Origin: Candidatus Omnitrophota bacterium
Lineage (GTDB): Bacteria; Omnitrophota; Gorgyraeia; B26-G9
Assembly: GCA_043814605.1 (NCBI GenBank)
Contig: JBDRJV010000027.1
Coordinates: 1 to 60,422, forward strand
DNA length: 60,422 nt
Direction of reading: 5' to 3'
The notes beneath the pieces were generated by a model, which was not told the DNA's origin, did not search any database, and saw only the letters and a list, made by a program, of their open reading frames with translations. The translations under genes were made by a program, and so were the position numbers. This document shows, piece after piece, positions 51,674-60,422 of this stretch. Numbering within the stretch: position 1 is the stretch's first letter; every line of letters starts with the position of its first letter.

Positions 51674-52129
51674 TTAGGGGCGGGGCGGTTTTAATCTAAT
51701 TCTTTGGATATCTTTTTCTAATTCTTTTGTCTGCGCTTGAGATTCTTTAATCGCTTGCTCTAAAGCTTCTTTGGCTTCTGCCTCTAACTCTTTGTTTCTT
51801 TTTTTTGTATAATCCTCTGCTTCTTTTAATAATTTCTCCAGTTCATCCTCAAGATTTTTTATTTTTAATTTTGTTTCAATCTGAGCTTTTTTCATGCCTT
51901 GGTTAGTTTCCTCATCCGCTTGTTTGATGATTTGCTCTAATTCTTCTTGATTTTCTCTTTCTTCTTTTTTTATTTTTTCGCTTTCAATCAAAGCCTCATG
52001 GCGAGCTATTTTTTCAGAAATAGTTAATTCCTTTTGTTCCCCAGCTGCTGCATTAATTTCAAAAACGTAGCCAAAAACCAGTGTGAATAAAAAAATTAAT
52101 GAGAAATTAAAAAATAATACTTTCTTCAT
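51674..52129 (-). CDS. Secreted coiled-coil protein rich in E/K, function unknown
   Basis: 151 aa with a signal peptide and a long charged helical region. Confidence 0.5.
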   Translation of the reverse strand: MKKVLFFNFSLIFLFTLVFGYVFEINAAAGEQKELTISEKIARHEALIESEKIKKEERENQEELEQIIKQADEETNQGMKKAQIETKLKIKNLEDELEKLLKEAEDYTKKRNKELEAEAKEALEQAIKESQAQTKELEKDIQRIRLKPPRP

Positions 52130-52171
52130 TATTTCCTCCGTTTATTTTTTATTATAAAAAAATAAATTTAA

Positions 52172-52729
52172 TCAGGCAATAATATCTTTTAAAATTTTGA
52201 ATTTATTCTTACCTTGCTTTAAAAATTTAAGAAATACTTTTGCCGTTACCAAAGCATCGTCTAACGCCCGATGATAATTATGGTTTTTGATCCCTAATCG
52301 TTTTGCTACTTTTTCCAGTTTATGGCTGCGTTCGCAGGAGAATAGGTTTCGGGACATTAAAAGCGTATCCACGCAATAGGCGTTAGCATTAACATCAAAA
52401 TCATTACATAAAAACGGAAGGTCAAAAGACTTAATGTTGTGGCCAACCAATACACAATCTTTGACAAATTCACAAAACTGATTACGTACAGTATTTAAGG
52501 TCGGCGCATCCATTAACATATCCACATTAATTCCGTGTACCCGCGTAGCATAATAAGGCACAAAGTCTGTATAGATAAGTGATTCAAATTTATCTTCTAT
52601 TTTACCAGCTTTAACTTTAACTGCGGCAACTTCAATAACTGAATCATGCAGAGCAGAAAATCCTGTAGTTTCTAAATCAATCACAGCAAAATTTATCTGA
52701 CCCAGGGATTTGTTTAATATTTTTTTCAT
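52172..52729 (-). CDS. DnaQ-like 3'-5' exonuclease (DEDDh family)
   Basis: 185 aa with the ExoI motif FAVIDLETTG, the ExoII motif VGHNIKSFDLPFL and the ExoIII motif HRALDDA. Its start overlaps the thiE stop by 4 nt. Confidence 0.85.
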   Translation of the reverse strand: MKKILNKSLGQINFAVIDLETTGFSALHDSVIEVAAVKVKAGKIEDKFESLIYTDFVPYYATRVHGINVDMLMDAPTLNTVRNQFCEFVKDCVLVGHNIKSFDLPFLCNDFDVNANAYCVDTLLMSRNLFSCERSHKLEKVAKRLGIKNHNYHRALDDALVTAKVFLKFLKQGKNKFKILKDIIA

Positions 52730-53358
52730 ATTTTTGATACTTTTTTTAGCTCAAATAATTTTTGAAATTTTAATATATTAGCAGTCAGTTTGTTTTGCTT
52801 CTGCAATGCAGATATAGCGCAGAGCATATCTACTTCTGTATCAATAACTGCCTGTGCATTATTCAGATCAATTCCGCCAATTGCAACAATTGGGACAGAT
52901 ATTCTTTGTCTAACGTTCCTGAGGACATTGATGCCTATATTTTTTATATCCGGTTTTGCCTGTGTAGGAAACACCGGGCCAATCCCGATATAATCAGCGC
53001 CCCTGTTTTGAGCTTCTTGGGCTTGTTCAAGGCTATGTGTACTCATCCCAATAATTTTATTTTTGCCTAAAATTTTCCGCGCTTTCTCAATCGGTAAATC
53101 ATCCTGCCCGAGATGCACCCCATCTGCTTCAGTTGCCTGCGCCAGATCAACTCGGTTATTAACAATAAATATTACTTCATGACAAAGTTTTTTAATCTTT
53201 AGAGCTTCTGCAAACATCTGCTGATCATTTAAATTTTTACTGCGGTATTGAATTATTTTCACGCCGGCAGCTAAAGCTGCTTGGACATCAGAAATATTTT
53301 TTTTAAGACTTAACTGAGCACATGTAATAAAATAAAATCCTTTTATATTAATTTTCAT
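52726..53358 (-). CDS. thiE: Thiamine-phosphate synthase
   Basis: ThiE motifs are present (GVHLGQDDLP, GIGPVFPTQAKPD). The ATG at 53358 is preferred because the 11 extra track codons are read out of the 108-nt repeat. Confidence 0.88.
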   Translation of the reverse strand: MKINIKGFYFITCAQLSLKKNISDVQAALAAGVKIIQYRSKNLNDQQMFAEALKIKKLCHEVIFIVNNRVDLAQATEADGVHLGQDDLPIEKARKILGKNKIIGMSTHSLEQAQEAQNRGADYIGIGPVFPTQAKPDIKNIGINVLRNVRQRISVPIVAIGGIDLNNAQAVIDTEVDMLCAISALQKQNKLTANILKFQKLFELKKVSKI

Positions 53359-53359
53359 T

Positions 53360-53467
53360 TTTATACATCCGCGGCCTAAAACCGTGCCCATTTATGGCGC
53401 GGATAAAAGGAGGCCGCTTGAGTATTCCACCCCAGGAACCACGGGCTTTAGCCCGTGGGGGTTCCAT
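53360..53467 (-). repeat. 108-nt GC-rich structured intergenic repeat, copy 3 of 3 (inverted)
   Basis: It is the reverse complement of copy 1 except T at 53385. It ends 1 nt before the thiE ATG. Confidence 0.9.
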
Positions 53468-53487
53468 TAATTAAATTGGATTAAAAG

Positions 53488-53520
53488 GAGTTTTTGTTTT
53501 AACCAAAAAAACAAAAACTC
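53488..53520 (-). terminator. Intrinsic terminator downstream of the EF-hand protein gene
   Basis: A perfect 13-bp stem GAGUUUUUGUUUU/AAAACAAAAACUC with a 7-nt loop, followed on the minus strand by CUUUUAAU. Confidence 0.6.
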
Positions 53521-53746
53521 TTCCCTACTTAATAGTAATAACCTCTTTAAAAATAAACTTGCAGCTTACATTACCTGGCTATTTTCTATGCACAAAAAGA
53601 TTATTCCTACAAGTATAACCACTAAAAATATGCCCACTAAATAGTAACCTAACATCATCTATAATATTTAGGTTAAAACTGCTTAAATCTATTATACAAT
53701 AATAACGAAAATTGGTGTATATTTTTAAAATAATTATGTCAGAATT

Positions 53747-54292
53747 CTATTGTGAGTCTTCCTTCATTATCTGAGCTTCAAGATAACTGATCATTCCGTC
53801 GTTGTCTGCATCATATTCTGCTTCAATGGCACTATCCACTTTTGCCTGGCCATTAGTTGCAATAAACTGGTGTCTGTCTTTTAAAAGTTCTCTGGCTTCA
53901 TCTTTTTGCAGCCAACCGTCTCCGTTGCCATCATATTTAGCTTCAAGTTGAGTATTTACCTTAGATCTAATTTTAATTCTTTCTTTTTTTGTAACCATCC
54001 CGTCATTATTAATATCAACTTTATCTTTTGTTTCTTCTTTAAATGCTTGTTTTTCTGTTTTTGTCGCAATGCCATCTTGATTTGTATCTGCTTTTTTCTC
54101 CCATTTAGTATTTACTTTTGCATCCTTATTCTCCTTTATCTGCCATTCTTTTGCACCAATTGTTCCATTCTTATTTTTATCGATTTTGTCAAAAACACTT
54201 TTTGATTTTGTCCGGGGGCCAGCATAGCCTTCTCCGATTAACCCGGTAAAAATCAATCCTAATAATAATAAATAAATACCTATTCTTTTCAT
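53747..54292 (-). CDS. Secreted protein with five EF-hand-type calcium-binding loops
   Basis: Signal peptide plus the loops DKNKNGTIGAKE, DTNQDGIATKTE, DINNDGMVTKKE, DGNGDGWLQKDE and DADNDGMISYLE. Confidence 0.7.
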   Translation of the reverse strand: MKRIGIYLLLLGLIFTGLIGEGYAGPRTKSKSVFDKIDKNKNGTIGAKEWQIKENKDAKVNTKWEKKADTNQDGIATKTEKQAFKEETKDKVDINNDGMVTKKERIKIRSKVNTQLEAKYDGNGDGWLQKDEARELLKDRHQFIATNGQAKVDSAIEAEYDADNDGMISYLEAQIMKEDSQ

Positions 54293-54335
54293 CCTGCCTC
54301 CTGGGTCATAAAATAATTTGTTTTTTGATAAAATT

Positions 54336-54605
54336 TTAAAAAACTATTTTTATACCTGATTCTGCTTTCAGTTTTTCATAAATATCATCTCTTTGCTTTT
54401 GGTTGTTTACTGTTACTTGTAAATTAAAAGAGATATATTTCCCTTTATTACTAATATTTGAAAAACAGATTTTAATTTTAGTATCTCCGATAACATTTTT
54501 AATTGATTTTTCAATATCATTTCTATTTGTACCAATAACTTTATACAACCAGATACAAGGATATTTAATCTGAGTTTTTTTATTTATTCTACTTTGCATA
54601 TTCAT
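54336..54605 (-). CDS. DUF493 (YbeD-like) family protein
   Basis: 89 aa. The YPCIWLYKVIG start of the beta-alpha-beta fold is typical of YbeD/UPF0250. Confidence 0.55.
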   Translation of the reverse strand: MNMQSRINKKTQIKYPCIWLYKVIGTNRNDIEKSIKNVIGDTKIKICFSNISNKGKYISFNLQVTVNNQKQRDDIYEKLKAESGIKIVF

Positions 54606-54628
54606 TGATTAATCCCACACAAAAAATA

Positions 54629-55570
54629 TTATAAAAACTTACCGGATTCCATAATTTTTTTATCATCAGCATAAACATCGGGTTTGGTAATAACCCCATC
54701 CAGATGTAAAGGCACATCATTATTACCGCCGTAAGATAAATTATTTCCGACTGCTATATGCACTGTCCCTTTAACTTTTTCATCCTCAAGTACAATTCCA
54801 ATTATTTTGGCTTTAGGATTTAACCCTATCCCTAATTCTGCCACACAATAAGCTCGGAAGCCAGCTTGATCAAGCCTGTCTTTTATTGTTTGCGCATATT
54901 TACCTCTAATATTTTTGACTATACCCGCGGCCACTTCAAAGTAAAGGGGGAAATCTAAAATACCTAATCCTGGAAATGAAGCATCAACAACATAAGTTCC
55001 TTGAGCATTTTCCGGAGCAAACGATACTTCCCCTTCCGGCAAATTACCAAAAGCCCCGGGGTAATCAAAACTGCCCCCGTTTTCACCGAACCATTTGCTT
55101 TTACCTACATCAAAAACTATATCTGTACCTAATTCTGTTTTTACTTTTATTTGTTTAGCATTAGACAGAACAGCATGCAATTTTTGGGACTCATTTTTTA
55201 GTAATCGATAATCAATTGCACAACAGCGGTTAATTATATCTTCTGTGATGTCTGGCATGGATGCAATTCTCGCGCCCTTATTTGAAGCATCCCGCCGGCT
55301 CTTAGTATGAGAAAGAGATTTATCTGTAATTAAAAACTGTACGTCATAATCTAGCATTTCTTTTTCAACTTCAGGTGGCGGTTCGCTTCCGTGTTCTTTT
55401 GTCGGCTGCATAACACAAATTTTCACATTGGAAGTTATTGCCCCGGCATATTCATAAAAAGCTCTTGCAATCGGTTCTTTTATTTTATCCGTCACAATCA
55501 AGCAAGATTCATTAGTTTTAAGCTTAACCGCTCCAAAAAATATTGCATTTAAAGCAACTTTTTCTATCAT
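54629..55570 (-). CDS. Aminopeptidase (AmpS/M29-like family)
   Basis: 313 aa. The overall pattern (LIVTD..., NLPEGEV, HIAVGNN, HLDGV) resembles thermophilic-type metalloaminopeptidases. Confidence 0.6.
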   Translation of the reverse strand: MIEKVALNAIFFGAVKLKTNESCLIVTDKIKEPIARAFYEYAGAITSNVKICVMQPTKEHGSEPPPEVEKEMLDYDVQFLITDKSLSHTKSRRDASNKGARIASMPDITEDIINRCCAIDYRLLKNESQKLHAVLSNAKQIKVKTELGTDIVFDVGKSKWFGENGGSFDYPGAFGNLPEGEVSFAPENAQGTYVVDASFPGLGILDFPLYFEVAAGIVKNIRGKYAQTIKDRLDQAGFRAYCVAELGIGLNPKAKIIGIVLEDEKVKGTVHIAVGNNLSYGGNNDVPLHLDGVITKPDVYADDKKIMESGKFL

Positions 55571-55620
55571 TTTTTCTCCCGAAAGTTTAATTATTTAATC
55601 AATCTTTAAAAAATATTTTT

Positions 55621-56289
55621 TTATTTTTTAAACCCAACCGGAATAATGTAGACAGGCTCATGATCAACTGGCAAGTTTAAAATATTTTTTACTTCTTTAT
55701 CTTCAAAAGCCCCGATCGAAACAGATCCTAAACCTAAAGCTACTGCTTGCAGATGAATATTTTGTCCGATGTGTCCGGCCTCAATATAGCTATACCTGAT
55801 TCCCCTTTGACCGTATTTACCCGTAATCCGGGAATAAACTACACATAAGACAATATTTACAGCTGCTTCTTTTACACTCGATTGTCCCAAGGCAGCATTG
55901 GAAAGTGCGCGGCGTAAATCCTGTTTTTGCAATATTTCGATTTTCTGTGTAAGCGGCAGATAATGATAAACTCCATTTTTTGATATTACATATATTTCGA
56001 TGGGGTATAAAGCTCCGGCGGAAGGAGCAGTGCGCAAATTACCTCCTGTGTTTTTTTCTGTTATTCCTCCGGCTGCCCATAATATTTGGCTTAATTGATT
56101 CTGGGTTAAATCCTTATCTTGAAAAGAACGCTGAGAACGTCTAGATTGAAGAGTTTTCTCTAAAGAAATTTTTCCATCTATTTGTATTTGAGGTAGAGAG
56201 AGAGTTTCTAATTCAGCCATGATTAAATAATTAGGAAATAAAATTAATAAAAAAATAATTAAAATATAAACAATTTTATTTATTCGCAT
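55621..56289 (-). CDS. SagB/ThcOx-type nitroreductase-fold dehydrogenase with an N-terminal signal/anchor
   Basis: 222 aa with the signature RRSQRSF...LSQILWAAGGIT...RTAPSAGALYPIEIY. Confidence 0.75.
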   Translation of the reverse strand: MRINKIVYILIIFLLILFPNYLIMAELETLSLPQIQIDGKISLEKTLQSRRSQRSFQDKDLTQNQLSQILWAAGGITEKNTGGNLRTAPSAGALYPIEIYVISKNGVYHYLPLTQKIEILQKQDLRRALSNAALGQSSVKEAAVNIVLCVVYSRITGKYGQRGIRYSYIEAGHIGQNIHLQAVALGLGSVSIGAFEDKEVKNILNLPVDHEPVYIIPVGFKK

Positions 56290-56310
56290 TTAACTTTGCT
56301 TTGCCCATAA

Positions 56311-56700
56311 TTACCAATCTGCCTTGTAGTCAAAAAACCCTTTTACAAAAATTCCTAATCCCGTAAGCATCGGGCCAATCGCAATTACATAATATGCACC
56401 GCCTCTTTTTATCGCCATCGCTTCTGAAATCCAGGTCACCAAAACTCCGCAGCAAAATAAAACTCCTCCGATGATCATATTTTTCTTCCCGGCATGAGGA
56501 TAATCATCCCTTTCCGGTTTAACTCCCGGCAAATTATCACAAATCATAACCGCAGCAGCCTGAGGCAATCCTTTTTCCGTAAGTTTTTTTTGCATCACAT
56601 CTTTGATGATTTCAGCTGGAACTCCTTCTGCCTTCATTTCGGCTGCTTCTTTATATACATTTCTTACTGCTTCACCCTTAGCTAAATCCGCTTCGTTCAT
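56311..56700 (-). CDS. Membrane protein, function unknown
   Basis: I start it at ATG 56700 (MNEADLAKGE), which has an AAGGA SD. This removes the overlap with the upstream small ORF. Two C-terminal TM helices are present. Confidence 0.5.
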   Translation of the reverse strand: MNEADLAKGEAVRNVYKEAAEMKAEGVPAEIIKDVMQKKLTEKGLPQAAAVMICDNLPGVKPERDDYPHAGKKNMIIGGVLFCCGVLVTWISEAMAIKRGGAYYVIAIGPMLTGLGIFVKGFFDYKADW

Positions 56701-56734
56701 TAAAAAAATCCTTATAATCTTATTGTAAAAAAAA

Positions 56735-56935
56735 TTACAACCTGTTGATAATTTTTTCAAGTACAAAAATAATGAATTTACCTAAAAACCATATTGCAAA
56801 AATTACCAAAATAAACATTACAATAATCCGTAAAAAAAACACTAAAGCAAAAATAAAAGGAAAAAGTAAAATACCCACACCAAAAAATAAAGCTGCCGCA
56901 ATTAAAAAAAATAGCCCGATTAAAAATGCTCTCAT
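56735..56935 (-). CDS. Small hydrophobic membrane protein (66 aa)
   Basis: Two predicted TM helices, rich in F/I/L. Confidence 0.4.
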   Translation of the reverse strand: MRAFLIGLFFLIAAALFFGVGILLFPFIFALVFFLRIIVMFILVIFAIWFLGKFIIFVLEKIINRL

Positions 56936-56955
56936 TTTATTTTCCCATTATTTTT

Positions 56956-57456
56956 TTATTTGTTTTGTGTCACTTGTGCCGCAATACCAATAATCACCAA
57001 TATTAAAAACAATATTTGTGTCAATTGCAAACTAAAATTCATAGTTGAAATAATCAAGAATGCTCCGGTAAGGCAAGACAATATGATCAGAGCCCAATCA
57101 AAAAGAAAAGCGCTCAGCAGCGCCCCGATAATACCGCCTAAGAGAAAAACTAACCACGGAATCCAACCGAGTTTAACCCCTAACTCATTAATAATACTTA
57201 CCGCGACATACCCGCCGGCCATAAACCCGGCGATGCCTATGCCTATTTTTTGCATCAAAAAAGTTAAGATAATCGCAATCATCCCAATAACTAAAGCGGC
57301 AATTAAAACAACCTGATCCGAGGCGTCTTTTAACAGGAGAGTCGTATACTCACAACCTAAAATAAAACCAATACCGCCGGCAAAAAGCCAGAATAACTTT
57401 CTACCCATCATCAACAAAATTATGCCTAAAGATAAATAAATTATTTGTAAATACAT
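56956..57456 (-). CDS. Polytopic membrane protein (about five TM helices, glycine-rich), function unknown
   Basis: 166 aa, almost entirely hydrophobic helices. Confidence 0.55.
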   Translation of the reverse strand: MYLQIIYLSLGIILLMMGRKLFWLFAGGIGFILGCEYTTLLLKDASDQVVLIAALVIGMIAIILTFLMQKIGIGIAGFMAGGYVAVSIINELGVKLGWIPWLVFLLGGIIGALLSAFLFDWALIILSCLTGAFLIISTMNFSLQLTQILFLILVIIGIAAQVTQNK

Positions 57457-57524
57457 GATAATTTCAGAATATCGGGTAAGGGGTGAAGAATGAAAATTCC
57501 TCGCTTTTTATTTTTTCCCTTAAC

Positions 57525-58313
57525 CTATACTCTGCTCCTTAATTTATATTGTTCCCAAATGTTTTCTAATGCTTCTTTTGCACTTTGATTGATTTTTATC
57601 TCAACAAGACTAGATATTTCTGTTATTTCCGGATTTATTTCCACAGTAAACTTTCCGGATCGGCTTGCCTGCATTACAGGTTGACTAATATAAGGAAACA
57701 CACTTGTTGTGCCAATAGAAAAATATACATCAAAACCTTTATTTAATTCATCCGCTAATTTTTCTACTTTTTCCCGCGGTAACATTTCCCCAAAAAATAC
57801 TACTTCCGGCCGGATTACACCCCCGCATTCTGGACAAATTGGCGGTAGTGAAAACCCGTTGTAATTATTGACCCTTGTGCACGTTAAACATTGCATGCAA
57901 ACAAGATTATGAAAATCACCGTGAATATCGATTACATTCCGTGACCCTGCCGCACTATGAAAACCGTCAATATTCTGCGTTAATACCCAAACCCGTTCAA
58001 AATGATTTTCAAATTCCGCAATAATCTTGTGTGCTTGATTAAATTTAGCATCGCGGCAATTTTGCTCAATCCGCAAAAGATATTTCCAGGCAGTTTCCGG
58101 CTTTGCATAAAGTGTTTCTCCGGCTAAGGCTGTTTCTATTGGAATGCCATCTTCTGTCAACTGACCATTATAAAGCCCGCCAATCCCCCTGTATGTGGGT
58201 AATCCTGAATCTGCGGAAATTCCTGCTCCGGTAATAAAAAGAATACTTTTACTATTATGCAGCTTATCAACTATTTTTTCAATTTTTTTAATTAAACTCG
58301 TTTTAACCAACAA
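57525..58313 (-). CDS. cobB: NAD-dependent protein deacylase, Sir2 family
   Basis: 262 aa with GAGISADSGLPTYRG, QNIDGFH and a Zn ribbon (CMQC...CPECGG). Confidence 0.88.
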   Translation of the reverse strand: MLVKTSLIKKIEKIVDKLHNSKSILFITGAGISADSGLPTYRGIGGLYNGQLTEDGIPIETALAGETLYAKPETAWKYLLRIEQNCRDAKFNQAHKIIAEFENHFERVWVLTQNIDGFHSAAGSRNVIDIHGDFHNLVCMQCLTCTRVNNYNGFSLPPICPECGGVIRPEVVFFGEMLPREKVEKLADELNKGFDVYFSIGTTSVFPYISQPVMQASRSGKFTVEINPEITEISSLVEIKINQSAKEALENIWEQYKLRSRV

Positions 58314-58336
58314 TTTTACCTTTTATCTTATTTATC

Positions 58337-58810
58337 TTATTGCTCTGTTTTGGCTGCTTCTTTTACTTTTGCTTGCTCTGGAGGCTGAATTTTAGTTTCA
58401 AATTCTTCAATTCTTACAGTTAAAATATTTAATTCCTCTTTTAATGTTTTAATCTGCTCTTGTAATTGCACATTCTGCATTTTTTGTTCCTTAACCTGCT
58501 CCTGCATTTCCTGCTTCATCTGCCAAAGAATCCGTGCCATATACTTGTCTACAGGCTCAACTGTATAAACCGCGCCTTTTTGGTCTACTTTTGCTCCCTG
58601 CGGCACTAATATTTTTGTTTGTCCGACAACACGCATTTCCATTCCATCCGGAGCGCCATCTGCTGTAAATTCCTGAGCAAAAATTTCCTTAATTAAAAAA
58701 GCAATGCAAAATATAACCAACATTCCCAAATAGATAAATTTTTTATTGATGTTCATAGCTAATAGTATAACAATCTCCGCTATTATAAACAAACAAAAAA
58801 AATATAACAA
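58337..58810 (-). CDS. Membrane-anchored coiled-coil protein, function unknown
   Basis: 157 aa. The start is uncertain, and the internal ATG at 58756 gives a cleaner signal peptide. Confidence 0.45.
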   Translation of the reverse strand: MLYFFCLFIIAEIVILLAMNINKKFIYLGMLVIFCIAFLIKEIFAQEFTADGAPDGMEMRVVGQTKILVPQGAKVDQKGAVYTVEPVDKYMARILWQMKQEMQEQVKEQKMQNVQLQEQIKTLKEELNILTVRIEEFETKIQPPEQAKVKEAAKTEQ

Positions 58811-58912
58811 TTTTATTTACAAAATTTATTGCCTAATTTGTTTAATTCAGCTATAATTTAAATGAAAATTAATTCTAGATTTAATTAAAAACCAAAAACA
58901 AAAGGATTTGTT

Positions 58913-60244
58913 ATGCCTGCCAAAAAAGCCAAAACATTTGTTTTAGACACTAACGTAATTCTCCACGACAGTTCCTGTATGTACCAATTTAAAGACCATG
59001 ATATTGTTATTCCTATCCAGGTTTTAGAAGAATTAGATAGATTTAAAAAAGGCAATGAAACCCTTAATTTTCATGCCCGGGAATTTGTCCGCGCTTTGGA
59101 TGACTTAAGCGGCGATCAAATATTTGACGAAGGAGTTAATATTGCCCCCGGCCGCAGTAAAATTATTATCAAGTTAGGTAAAGCTATCCATGAAAATCTT
59201 ACGCTTAATTTCTTCGGTAATATTAAGGATCATCAAATTTTAAATACAGCTTATTGTTTAGCTCAGGAAAATCCGGATCGGCAAATCACTCTAGTCAGTA
59301 AAGACGTTAATCTGCGCATGAAAGCAAAAGCAGTAGGGTTAATTGCTGAAGATTATACAACCGACCATGTTAAAGATATTTCAGAATTATATAAAGGCTA
59401 CCAAGTTGTCGAAGATGTTTCAGAAGAAATTATTAACTCTCTTTATAAAGAACCTTATGAGATTGATATTACCGAATTAAACACAAAAAGAGAATTCTTA
59501 CCGAATGAATATGTAATCATGCGTAATGGTAAGAAATCAGCTTTAGCCCGATTTTATTCCGAAACAAAAAAAATCCATCGTGTACAAAAAGTTCCTGCAT
59601 ATGGTATTATGCCGCGTAATGCCGAACAAATATTTGCATTAGATGCTCTAATGGACCCTAAAATTCAGCTGGTAACAATTTCCGGCAAAGCCGGTACCGG
59701 AAAAACACTTCTGGCTTTAGCCGGAGCCTTAGCTAACAAAAAAGAGTATTTTCAGATTTATATGGCCCGTCCAGTTGTGCCCTTAAGCAATAAAGATATT
59801 GGATTTTTACCCGGGGATATTCAATCTAAGCTAGAACCATATATGCAGCCTTTGTACGATAATTTAGGCGTAATCAAGCATAAATTTTTGGAATCTGCAT
59901 CCAAGCAGCGAAGAATTCAGAAACTACTCGATGAAGAAAAATTGGTTATTGCTCCTTTAGCCTATATTCGCGGCCGCAGTTTAGTGGATATATTTTTTAT
60001 TGTGGATGAGGCGCAAAATCTCACGCCGCATGAAGTAAAAACAATTCTTACCCGCGCGGGTGATAATACTAAGATGGTTTTTACCGGCGATATTTTCCAA
60101 ATTGATCATCCTTATTTAAACACCTATTCTAATGGTCTGACCTATATGATTGATAAAATGAAGGGCCAGAATCTTTATACACATATTAATCTGGAAAAAG
60201 GCGAACGCTCAGAATTAGCAGAACTCGCCAGTAATGTACTTTAA
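58913..60244 (+). CDS. PhoH-like ATPase with an N-terminal PIN domain (PhoH2/YlaK type)
   Basis: 443 aa with an N-terminal PIN domain (FVLDTNVILHD) and a C-terminal PhoH P-loop ATPase (GKAGTGKT, IVDEAQN). Confidence 0.88.
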   Translation: MPAKKAKTFVLDTNVILHDSSCMYQFKDHDIVIPIQVLEELDRFKKGNETLNFHAREFVRALDDLSGDQIFDEGVNIAPGRSKIIIKLGKAIHENLTLNFFGNIKDHQILNTAYCLAQENPDRQITLVSKDVNLRMKAKAVGLIAEDYTTDHVKDISELYKGYQVVEDVSEEIINSLYKEPYEIDITELNTKREFLPNEYVIMRNGKKSALARFYSETKKIHRVQKVPAYGIMPRNAEQIFALDALMDPKIQLVTISGKAGTGKTLLALAGALANKKEYFQIYMARPVVPLSNKDIGFLPGDIQSKLEPYMQPLYDNLGVIKHKFLESASKQRRIQKLLDEEKLVIAPLAYIRGRSLVDIFFIVDEAQNLTPHEVKTILTRAGDNTKMVFTGDIFQIDHPYLNTYSNGLTYMIDKMKGQNLYTHINLEKGERSELAELASNVL

Positions 60245-60252
60245 CCATAGTT

Positions 60253-60309
60253 ATAAGTTATAACTTATCACTAGTGATAAGTTATCACTAGTGTCCGGTT
60301 GTTTTTTTT
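60253..60309 (+). terminator. Palindrome cluster and probable terminator after the PIN-PhoH gene
   Basis: It contains overlapping perfect palindromes ATAAGTTATAACTTAT (60253-60268) and ATAACTTATCACTAGTGATAAGTTAT (60260-60285). It also contains two self-complementary CACTAGTG boxes (60269-60276, 60286-60293), followed by a T8 run at 60302-60309. Confidence 0.5.
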
Positions 60310-60422
60310 AATATTTTTGTAATACAATTAATTATAACAGGTTATGAAAAAAATATCTGTAATCGATTTGAAATCAGTTTTATACTATGGTCATTCTTTT
60401 TTAAACAAACAAAAAGGAGTGG

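Noticed and set aside
57525-58313. The Sir2-family gene as part of an anti-phage defence system, with the PIN-PhoH gene nearby.
   Set aside because: The protein has the complete CobB-type deacylase motifs and Zn ribbon, with no fused effector or partner defence genes. PIN-PhoH (PhoH2) is a widespread housekeeping-type gene.

Overview
AT-rich (about one-third G+C by eye) bacterial chromosomal segment, compact and mostly housekeeping. It holds about 60 protein genes, all but two on the minus strand, plus three minus-strand tRNAs (His-GTG, Arg-TCT, Pro-TGG). Recognisable blocks, in + coordinate order (most genes are transcribed right to left): greA; the CIRCE-controlled heat-shock operon hrcA-grpE-dnaK-dnaJ, which follows hflX on the minus strand; an alpha-glucan/trehalose block (malQ, GH57, GH65 phosphorylase, HAD/trehalose-phosphatase fusion, and glgC further on); mgtE interrupted by one in-frame TAG; a Na/Pi transporter; uppP; a run of glutamine-amidotransferase genes (pyrG, purF, carB, carA); and gdhA, an isocitrate-dehydrogenase-family gene and nfnAB-like genes. 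The window ends with thiE, a Sir2 deacylase and a PIN-PhoH ATPase. No CRISPR array, transposase, integrase or defence island was seen. The interesting content is non-coding. (1) Two near-identical ANTAR-type dual-hexaloop antiterminator/terminator modules head the nfnAB and gdhA transcripts, and a GAF-ANTAR regulator gene lies about 10 kb away. (2) A structured roughly 70-100 nt RNA motif occurs in tandem pairs in the long 5' leaders of gdhA and of an uncharacterised 74-aa ORF. It shows compensatory base changes between copies and ends in the shared ribosome-binding site. (3) A 108-nt GC-rich, hairpin-dense intergenic repeat is present in three nearly identical copies in both orientations, one abutting the thiE start codon. 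Lesser items are a split Mycobacterium OtsB1-like gene pair, a lysine-rich micro-ORF built from a 27-nt tandem repeat, and an 887-aa orphan secreted protein. All functional calls rest on motif recognition by eye, with no database search.
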